33,205 nucleotides of DNA, taken from positions 1 through 33,205 of the forward strand of contig DF237732.1 in assembly GCA_000708835.1 (NCBI GenBank). The letters run 5' to 3'. Below, piece by piece: positions 21,271-30,854 of the stretch. The DNA comes from Klebsormidium nitens (Eukaryota; Plantae; Klebsormidiophyceae). Both the position numbers and the translations under genes were made by a program. The notes under the pieces are model-generated. The model saw nothing but the letters and a program-made list of their open reading frames with translations, was not told the DNA's origin and searched no databases. Within the stretch, counting starts at the first letter, position 1, and every line of letters begins with the position of its first letter.

Positions 21271-24200
21271 TCACCCCTCCGCTTGTGTTGCGGCCCTCTG
21301 TCTCAAACGCAAGATGTCGTCTGTCAGTCGCTTGACATATTTCTCTACCCCGTCAGCAGTTTCGTTGGTCTCCTCAAACGGAATCTCTTCATTGGGGAAC
21401 TCTTCTACAAATCGAGCTTCAAGCTTCTCCTTCAAGCTTGTGAACAGAGCCAGCGGACTCTCTCTCATTGCCTTTCTGCGCGCCAGGCGGTGCTTCAAAG
21501 CGCACAAGTCTCGGAGGTGGCGCTGCCCATCTCCATCGCTGCATTCGCCCTCTAAACAAGTGCGGTACCTTTCAAGGGTCTCCTCCGGAAAAATGGCCTC
21601 TAGTTCGTCGGCCACTATCTGCATGCGCAAGATCCGCTGGCCCCCCGACTGTTCGGCTAGGTGGTCGGGGCTTGCTACGGCGTCATAGACCGAGCATGAC
21701 CCCAACGCCTCGATCCTCTTGCCTAGGGGGCTGCCCCTCTGCCCGGCTTGGAACATTCGCTCGCGTACAATGTCCGCGCGGCCCCGTTTTGCGGCCTCTT
21801 CTGCCACCTCGTCAAACAGGTCTCGCCATCGCTTCTTCTCCTCGCAAAAAGTTTTCCACTTGAGGGGCGCCCACAGCAGGAACACCACCGTGCACAGCAT
21901 GCGCAAGTCGACGCCCTTGCTGTCCGTGGAGTCGTAGGCGATGATGTCGGTGTGTTCGATGCTCTCCTGCACACCGAAAAGAGCAACGGTGTCAGTTTGA
22001 GACACTAGTAGAGCATGCGCCCGCACCAGTTGGACCTTACCTATTGGTTGGCATCGCAAGGACAGCCCCAATGCAAGGACGGCCTCGATGCTGGTTCAAA
22101 AAGGAGATGTAACTCCAGGGCTAACTTAGAAATCTATTGGGCAGAAAACTTTCAGAGGAATGACTACTGTAATGGTTCACCTTCAAAACTGCGCACACGC
22201 TGCACCATTTGCGAATCTTTCGGATACTCGTCTTTTTGAGATTCTCTTGGCGCGAAATTGACTTTGCAAGACTCGAGTCATCCTGCCTCAAGACCTGACC
22301 TACCCAGAGCAGCAAGACCTGTTTCTCGACTTACTCCCCAGAGGACAACGAAGAGCCCTGAGTCTTGATTCGATAAAGTTGTCCAGATTGTACATATGAG
22401 AAATCGTTACTTGGTGATTGGGTCGAACCTGAACACATTCTGCCGGCATAGCAGGTTTTGAAGCAACGCTGTCCGCACATTTACAAAAACAAAGACCGGG
22501 GGGAGACGGTCGCAATTTCTTCCACAAAATAGCCAGGGTCCACTACACGACAGCGACAAAACTTGCGAAATTTTGGAGACCCGCAAGGCTTCGCTGCATT
22601 TCTGTAAGATCCACAATTGCCCGCAAGCGCGCTCAACCGGCGAAGCAACCAGACGTAGAATGCCAGCCCGGACTCACCAGCACAGCGAGCAGCACCTGTC
22701 GGAAGGTGTCCTTCTTGAAGGGCAGCCGCGGCTTGAGGACCTTCCCCGCGTGGGGCCCCAGCTCGCTCAGCAAGGGCGGGCTCTTCGGCTCCATCAGGAG
22801 GCCCTTGTCCGACTGGAGCAGCTGCGCTCCGCGAATTGCGGCAAACACGATGGAGCGCTGTACGGCCGCTCGGTTGACGGGGTCCCATTGGTACTTGTCG
22901 TCGACCTGAACACAGAAGAGGAGTTGAATCAAGAGGGCTCGGCATCGAATCTGCCGACTTGCTATTTGCAGGATACGACACCTTGCAACATAGGCGAAAG
23001 TTCTATGAGTCTGCGCTTCAATGTGTGAACTCAAAAATCTGTGGCACTGTTCTGTCCGGCAGGCCCGTGAAATGAGTTGATCGAACCAATGGAGCAGGCA
23101 CAAGTGTCCTCAAATCAGGAACTCTTTCAGGTTTTCGGATGCGAGCCTCTTGGGTCAAACGGAGTCGGGTGCTGTTGCCTGACGATAAGAAATAACCGAT
23201 TACATACAGCCTGAACTGGTCAAGCATTTTAAGACGACATGAAGCCGTTAAATCTTGAAGGACTTGTCTCCAGAAGCCATCACGAAGCCACCAAGCCAAC
23301 ACGTACCTGAGCCTTTCTCAGTATACATCAAGCCTAGCCTCAATCTCAGATTTCTCAAATCGGCGCCAGCGACATGGTGCCCACCTTCCGGTACCCCGCT
23401 GCATCGAGGCCGCTGCGGACCACTCGGACGGTGCCGATCCCTGCCCCTGCCGCCAGGGCTGGGATGTGGCCGGGCGCGCAGTCCAGCAGTATGGGTGGTG
23501 CGGGGGAGCCGACCTCGTTTCTTTCGAACAGCTCGTGCCTGGCCTGGCGCTGCTCGAGCACATTGCACAGCGGGCTGGTCGTGTGCAGCGTCGCGCCGAC
23601 ATCGCTGCACTTGATGGCCACGTACGACAGCGCAGACGGACTGTGCGCGGGCAGCGCCTCGTGCATCTTCAGGTTGCACACTGCGGCTGCAGGCACGAGA
23701 ACCAGTTTGCGGGTCAGCATCTCAGTAATCACATGAAGCGCGCCCGAATCGTGAGAACATTGTGTAAGTGGTGGTGAGACGGCTGAATCGCACACTTTCT
23801 CAACCGCCTCCTTTTGATTGACCTGACGCAAGCTTGAAACCAGAAGGTTGAGACCAGTCGCCCAAGACAAATTGCAAAAGCAACGATTCCGAGACTTAGG
23901 AAGCTTCTACCACCAAGACCTGGGGGTTCGTGTCTCCTAAAGCTTCCTGCACTTCAAGGTTGACCAATCCGTACATAGTGGACTCCATAATTTGGAATAA
24001 GGCGAACGAGCAAGTCGGAAGGTTCCAATCCCTGGCGTCCACCAGGCCCTATGCGACCATCTCTTCATTTCTACTGCATATGTACAGGCTTTGCATGGTT
24101 GTCTGCAAAGCCCGACTGCAGTTGCCTCGAACCGAAAGATATGTTTGCAACCTTCTTGTGGAAAGGTAGGAAAGAGAGGACCAACCTAAGAGAGGACCAA

Positions 24201-26113
24201 CCTGGGGAGATGAAGGTGTAAAGCAGGAGCCTGCTTAGGATGGGGCTCTGCACCATCAGAGCCGGCACCTCCTTGCGCCTCACGGCCAGCACCAGCCACT
24301 GCACGCAGAACAAACTGGCATGAAACGGGCAACGAAAGTGGACAAATCCATCAAGTCCGTGCACAGACCCTATATCAAAGCAGGGGATATAGGCTGTTCA
24401 CCACTCTGTGGAAAAGTCATGGTCGAGTTTCTTCTGTCAATTGTTGAAGGGCCAAAAGCAACAGTTGTATATGAGACATCAATATCAATCTGGAGACCAG
24501 CTTGAGAAAGATACGTGACGCCTTGCACTGGCTTCGTTCTTCAAAATCACAGAGGCCTTTCTGGCGCCTTATGAAAATACTTAAAGTTGACAGGCTCAAG
24601 CCAAACAGGAAAGAGATGAGCTTCTGACAACAGTTGATGCGCTGTGAACGCCCCAACGCTTGAGTATGCAAATGATCAGCAGGCCTTGCACAATGAAAAT
24701 CTTAGAAGCTAATCGGTACACCCCTCAAAAGAACAAGAGTTTTTGCGCGCATACATCCAAATCTGAAACTGCGACAAAGGTGCAGGCATTGCAGAAAATT
24801 TTCAGATACAGAGCTGTACAACCTGGCGCAACGCTGGTCAGAGATAGAGAACACAATCGCACCTTGAGCAGAAACCTCTCGTCGTCCAAGCTGATTTTGA
24901 GCTGCCGCAGGAGCTCCCGGAACGGCTGCATGCCCCTCTCCACCGCCGCTCTGTCCACGAAGTCCTGCACCTGAAACGGCGGGCTCGGGTGCTTGAACTC
25001 GTAAATGAACGCCAGCTCGCTGCGGGCATGCCCATCACCCAGCTCCCCGTTGCGCGCCGCGATACTCTGGAGGAACGCTAGCCGCGCCTTCTTGGTGCTG
25101 TCCGGCATTGCGTACGCAGTCGGCACCGCTCCCCGCAGGTCCAATGCCACCGGCCCCGGCAGCACTACTAGGCCCCCGCACACCACCTTGCGCAACGGCT
25201 TCAGAGCCACGTGGTTCCACCGCATCAGCCTGTCGATCCACTTCGACGTCTTGTCGACGTGGTCGGCGGTCTTCAAGTAGCAGAGCACCCCCTCTTCCTG
25301 CTCGGGCTTGATCCTCCACTCCGGCGTCCCGTCCTGCGCCATCTGCTCCTCATTGCCAGCCAGCGGCGCATGCTCGTGGAAGACGTCGCTCCCCTTGAGC
25401 AGCCGGCAGCTCTGTCCCCCCGGCGCCGTCTCCTTCTGCCCCGTCAGGATGGCCGACGCGCCTGACGCCTGCAGCTGCCACAGCCCGATGGCCTCCACCA
25501 GCGTGCACATGCCCATCTTGACAATGCTGCGCAGCGCCCAGTGCACCACCTCAAAGATGCGCGTCTTGCGCTTGCCCTCCGCCTCCTCCTCGCCTGCCCC
25601 CTCGTCTTCGTCTGTAGGATCACCACCACCCCCGGATTCATCAAAATCATCGGTCTCTTCCTCGGTCTCTTCTTCTTCCCCGCCCTCCTCATCATCTCCT
25701 TCTTCCTCCTCTTCTCCCTCTTCATCCTCTTCGTTTTTGGACTCCGACTGCTGATGCGTCCTTGCGTCTTCTTCCCCGTCAAGCCGCCCCAACCCGTCAA
25801 GCTCCTCAACAAACTCATCTTCCTCAGCACCATCGTCAGACGGTCCCCTTGTCCCCCGTGCCTTCCGCTTGCGCCCCGCGGACTTTTCTACAGCCGCGGC
25901 GGGCCTCGTCGGCGCACCCGTCCTCCTTGTGCCCCCCCCTCTAGGCCCGCGCCCTCTCCGTGTTTCTGTTCGCTCCACCCCTGCATCGCCCCCAGGTACA
26001 GCGGCCACCTTGCCTGCAGCCCGTCTCCGACCAGACTCTCTCCTTTCAGGACCTTTTGCCGGGGCCCCACCCTCCTCCGGGGGGCCGCCCTCTGCGGGAA
26101 TGCTTCTGCTCAT
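21271..26113 (-). CDS. Five-exon hypothetical protein, 857 aa, with acidic/Gly-rich N-terminus; no recognised domain
   Basis: Exons 26113-24863, 24298-24202, 23686-23385, 22905-22678 and 21966-21271 (2574 nt). All boundaries are GT-AG, phases chain 0-1-0-0, there are no internal stops and codons are GC3-rich. The start codon is uncertain. Confidence 0.75.
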
Positions 26114-26121
26114 TCTTGCTC

Positions 26122-27969
26122 ATGCGTCATGTACACCTTGCCCTTGAACGCAGACTACAACAAGGCAGCAAAGAGCGCGGCGGTGTCAATGGGTCGGCAA
26201 GGGAATGCCAATGCTGAGAACTCGTTTACTCCAAAGGAAGCACTTCTTCAACTAAACATCTAAAACCACAAACAGCAGAGCGCGCTTCAAGTTCTCCTCT
26301 GCCGTCGAATTCTCGAATTTGAGACTTGATAAATGAGCAGGAACTGCTCCTTCACATCTCAGTGCATGCTCACTTCCTGCTTTTCTTGGCAATTCTCTTT
26401 ACAGCTGCTTGGTCCTGTCCGCGGGCCGTTCACCTGAACGTTAATCGGTTTCGCTTTTGAGACCGACCCATGTCCGTCCCATAAATGAAAATAACTGTTC
26501 GAAGGGAAAGCGGCAAGACACGTCCCCTCTGGCCACATTTCCCAGCAGGCCTAATGTAGAGAGCTTTATTGACAATCGCTTTCTGGCAACGTCACCGCAT
26601 CAGGATTAGATGCTGAGAAGGAAACACATGGCCCATGCGACGGAAACTGATAAGTATTTCCAAGAATGATAATTTTTCAGCCTATCGAGGCACTTACCTT
26701 CTCTGTGACGTAAGGCAGCGATGCAGCATGGTCCAAGTGAAAGCTGCACAGGAGCAGTACAACTGGTTGAAACAGGGGTGTTGCAAGGCCAAGGGCCGTC
26801 GGTTGGGTGACAAGACACTCTGTACAGCCTCTCTGACCTTTCCAAGCGACTTGCCGAGACGCCTGCATATGCCAATCAACTGTCCCAAACTCCTCTGCTA
26901 GAAAGCTTGCTCTCAAACTAATTGAAATGGCACAATGACGTGAATCATCACAAGCTTGTTGAATCAGTCCACAAGCTCAGTCCAACCGTGCTCGTTGTTC
27001 GGTTGCCCTTGGAAAACATTTGAAAGCTTCTACACTCACTGTGTGACAAGCAGGATGTCGACGGTGCTGAGGTCGATCTCGTCGACGAAAGGCAGGGCCG
27101 CCAGGCCCGAGTAGGCGGGGTGGATCCCGCAATCAAACTGCACAGCAAAAGGAGCGGAGTGTTGGTGCGAGCAAGAGGACTGAAGTGAGCAAAAAAGATG
27201 AATGCAATACAGATGCCTGGTTCCTCTTGAGGGGCATCAAGCATGGTTCCACTTTGCTGTCTAGCATTCTGGCCTCATTAGCCATGTCCTTCAGACTGAT
27301 TGGAACTGGCGGAGACATGTAACTGTGCCTTTACTGTGCATAAGCAGGGTCCCAACAACCTTATCCTCAGGGTTGATGAGAAGTCAACGATTCAACGTTG
27401 TCCGCGAGCGGGCCTCTCGTGGCACTTCTTTGGAAGCCTCATTGATGCCACTGACAGACAGAAGCCGCGCTCAAGTGATGCTGCAACGCCTCCACCCCCT
27501 GGGATTGGCCTTCAAACCACCAAATATTGTCTTCCATTCATTCCGCACATACCATGTATGGGCAGGGGGCCTGAAATGTGTCAAGCTGTCCCCGTAACCC
27601 ACGCCCTGTCTGTCCCACATGGAAATCAACGAATGGCAGCTTGAGCCAGAAACCAGAGAGCCCCGTGCTCCACAACACAAACGAGACGCCACCACGAAGG
27701 TGGCAGAAAAAGATTCGACCTTCAGAATCTACGACCAGAATAGACCCTCAAGCAACAAAGCCAGAAAAAGGAAAACACCGATGAAAAAGTTTTCCACAGT
27801 TTCGTATTCCAAAGCTCAATCACTCTTTAGAAGTCTCACCAGAATGTTCTTCCCCTTGGAACGTCATGAACACGCTCGAGCGCCCGACCTCATAGCCGGC
27901 GCCCAGGGGCATGATGTCCAGCTTGTCGCCTCGGACGTCCGTGGAGACCGTCTCTTTCTACTTCGCCAT
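26122..27969 (-). pseudogene. CPSF3: 5' fragment of cleavage and polyadenylation specificity factor 73 (metallo-beta-lactamase endonuclease), 4 exons, truncated
   Basis: Exons 27969-27840 (MAK*KETVSTDVRGDKLDIMPLGAGYEVGRSSVFMTF-fs-KGKNIL), 27137-27040 ([33 protein letters not shown]), 26743-26698 (FHLDHAASLPYVTEK) and 26154-26122 (SAFKGKVYMTH). HxHxDH is intact. There is a TAG at codon 4 and a +1 frameshift at ~27858, and similarity stops after MTH. Confidence 0.92.
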
Positions 27970-29305
27970 GGTGAAGGGACAAGGGTTCCTTTGTGTGACC
28001 GATCAAGTTGGATACAACGACGTAATTTCCCCCGCCGGCAGGCACAACTGGAGAGGCTTCAGAAGAGTAACCAGGACGCTGCACAAGTCGCATCAAACCG
28101 GTTGGTGAGTTGCAGTATTGGCCGCCAGAGCGAAGACTTTAAGTTTCAGCAGCGCAGCTTCTTTTGCGAAAGGACAAAGTTCAACCTCAAGTGCCTCCGC
28201 TCTGCTTTGGTGCAAGCAACCAGCCGGTGCATGGGGTATGGTTTCTACCGGCTGCAAGCCGGCAGGGCGCCTTCGGCACCGGCTGGTCCTCCTCTCCAAC
28301 CGGCTGAGATCGCCACTAAAGCCCGCCTATGGGAATCCCTGGTTGGAACATTGGAACATCGGGCGGTTTTGAAGAGCGGTACTGGCAGTCGTTCGGACAT
28401 CGACGGTCAAATCCACGCCCACAGTAAGAGTCGTTGAAGGTCAATGGTTCAAATCCGACATGCATGTCACCAGGATGTTGCTGCAGCTGTCTGGCAGTGG
28501 ATGGATACTTCTCTTATAGCCCGTGCGAATCAAAGCCTGGCATGGGGCGGAGTGCGGGTACAGGGCATTGTTAGTGCTGTTCGCAAGGACATGTTCTGAC
28601 AACAGCTTCTCGACAACTACGGACCTAGCAACCAAAGAACCGTTCAACCATTACTGCGAGTGCACTATCTGATTGCCGTGAAGCGGCCGGCAAGTTCGCT
28701 GAGTTTCCATTGAGAAGATGAAAACTAATACTGTCACTGCGGCGGCTACTCGAGACGGCCCGCGCGGCTGCTATGCTTCAGTCTTCGGTCAGGTCCAGTC
28801 CGTCGTTCTCGGGGAAGCGTCGTGTGACATGTCCATGCTAGTACCCTGAGCAGTGGCATCAAAAGATGGCACCTCGCACATGTGAGGGGCCTAAGTCATT
28901 GTGGTCGCTGTGATGGGAATTGGGCTTGCATGAAAGATCTGCGCAATAGCTCAGCTGACAAGCAGCATCGATCCGACGGCAGGGACGCTGGCCCCTCGCT
29001 TCGGGATACTGGTAAGCCATGCGCTTGTGGATAGATGGTTTCATATAGTATAGCCGTATACCCTCAGTCACTGCGGACCGCCGCCATGTGTCGAAGAAAG
29101 TACATGCAGCGTGTTTGTACATGCGTATACATGCTAGTCGACATACTTCGTCTTGAGCCGCGATCAAGTATCATTCTTTGCTTGTCCGCAAGCTTATTTG
29201 CAAGTCAAATGCATGGTGGACTATGTCATGTTATTCCGAATTTCGCGCAAACATTCTGTGGACTTAAGTACTTTGAGCCTTGCTAGTTACACTGCACATT
29301 GCCAC

Positions 29306-30833
29306 CTACTTGAATCCAGTAAAGGTTGAGGCCGTCTTATTGAACTGCGCGGCCAACTCGTTTTCTGCCCCCCTTGCGATGTTTGCGCTGTAGCGCATCT
29401 GCCGTTCTAGCAGAATATCGCTCTTGTCCTTCCACTCCTCGATGCTGATATCCAACAGCTTCAACGCCTTAGCGACCTGGGGGTTCTGCGCCAGTTCAAA
29501 GAAACCAGCACGAAGGCCGGCGCTTGGAAAGCACACCTTGAAAGTCAGGATGGTTTCCGACGGCCCAACCTTGTTGTTCTTGAGCGGGATGTAGCTCTCA
29601 GCAGCGTTGATGGCGTTCTCTGGGTAGTCAGCTTTGCGGAGCAGGCTTTGCATACCCTGGCTAGAGTGGGGCAGGCTTCGCTCCACGTTCAAGGTCCGGA
29701 TTGCCAAAAGCTGGGTTTTTGGGAAGTCGTTGTCGTATGCCCTTCGGTTCTGTTGGGGCGCTGCTTGGGGGCCGTTGCTTCGGGACAGGTTGGGGCCGTT
29801 CTGTTCAGCCCCTAAACCGGCCGGGGCTGCTTGTGTGGGCAAGGGGGCAGTCGGGGTTGGGTTAAACTGCGCTCCGGGGGCCATTCCGTTTGAGCCGCCT
29901 CCGATGGGTTGCTGCTGCCAGGGGTTGTTATAACTGGGGTGTGGGGCGAATGGCTGCATCATTGCCTGGGGCTGGGGGTGGGGTAGGGCTGCCAACATGC
30001 TACGAATGTGGTCCAGCTTTTGCTCGAGGTTCGTGTTGCCCACCTTTAGGTTTTCCGCCGCGCTCTTTACGTCGAAGAGGGCGTTTTTGGCTCCGCGGAG
30101 GGTATCCTCATCCGCCTTTGACTTGACCAGTTTCTCGAGGCTCTCCAGGCTCCGAGTTTCCAGGGATGACCATCTGGCGACAACAACTGGGTCTGTGCGA
30201 AGGGATTCGCCAGGGAAACCCGCCCTGTTGCTGACAGCCCTAAGCGCATCCGTGAGCCCCGTCCGCAAAGCCTCTGTATAAATCGAGCCCACGGCTTCTT
30301 GAAAGGTTTCTGTAGGCCCAAACCCAAGGACTCATCGCACCTCTTCACGAAAAGTTGTCCGCCGAAACTCCTTGCTAGAGAGCGCCGCTTCGAGGACCTC
30401 TTCCAAGTCCGCCCGGTGCGCTGCTCTCTTTAGCTCGGCTTCCTCTCGAACAATCGCTCGCACCGAGCTAGGGTTAAGGGGGGCTTTCTTGGGCTTCTTG
30501 TCGGGTGGGGGGACGGTTTAGAACTGCCGGGGTCTCTTCTTCCTCCCGGCCCCTCTTTCCGTCCCCAAGGTCGGAACCCTCCAGCGCCAAGCCGCCAAGC
30601 GGCGCTTTCAGAACCGGCTTTCCAAGGAGCATGGACAGCTGCGAGACCCCCTTGCCTGCTTCCACCGCCGCAGAAGTTGAGCCCAAGACCCCGCCTTTGC
30701 TTGCGCCGTCCTGCCCCTTTGGGAGGATGGGTAAGTCTTCATTGGCCGCTCCCTTGTTCTCCCCTGCGGGGTCTTGCACGTCCTCTGCAGCGCCCTTGTT
30801 GAGCAGAGCGGGCTTGGACTTTGCTTTTCCCAT
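29306..30833 (-). pseudogene. LINE ORF1/Gag-like protein (coiled coil, Pro/Gln linker, RRM-like domain, CTD), ~509 codons
   Basis: ATG at 30833; frameshift in the C-run at ~30505-30512; one TGA at 30332-30334. Heptad-like segment SLESLEKLVKSK...NLEQKLDHIRSML. Alpha/beta pattern LLAIRTL...TILTFKVCF...LKLLDISIEEWKDKSDILLERQMR resembles type II ORF1 ends. The fold call is an inference. Confidence 0.55.
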
Positions 30834-30854
30834 TGCGCCTGTGGAAAATAAAGA

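Noticed and set aside
24470-24630. LRKIRDALHWLRSS resembles a hAT transposase helix
   Set aside because: The expected downstream D..TRW.S motif is absent and the stretch lies in an intron of the minus-strand gene.
25308-26263. 148-aa and 240-aa plus-strand ORFs with Ser-rich or hydrophobic tracts
   Set aside because: Antisense to the Glu/Asp-rich coding tract; the apparent transmembrane stretch is an artefact of GAR codons.
27325-27597. VFHSFR looks like a YR HxxR motif
   Set aside because: Isolated motif inside CPSF73 intron 1 with no other YR residues.
27619-28437. 272-aa plus-strand ORF
   Set aside because: Overlaps CPSF73 exon 1 antisense and shows no domain or consistent codon bias.
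21195-28850. Helitron-type 3' ends (hairpin plus CTRR) to explain gene capture
   Set aside because: The CTAG sites near 21200-21222 and 28837 lack a convincing 16-20 bp GC hairpin at the right distance or the T flank.
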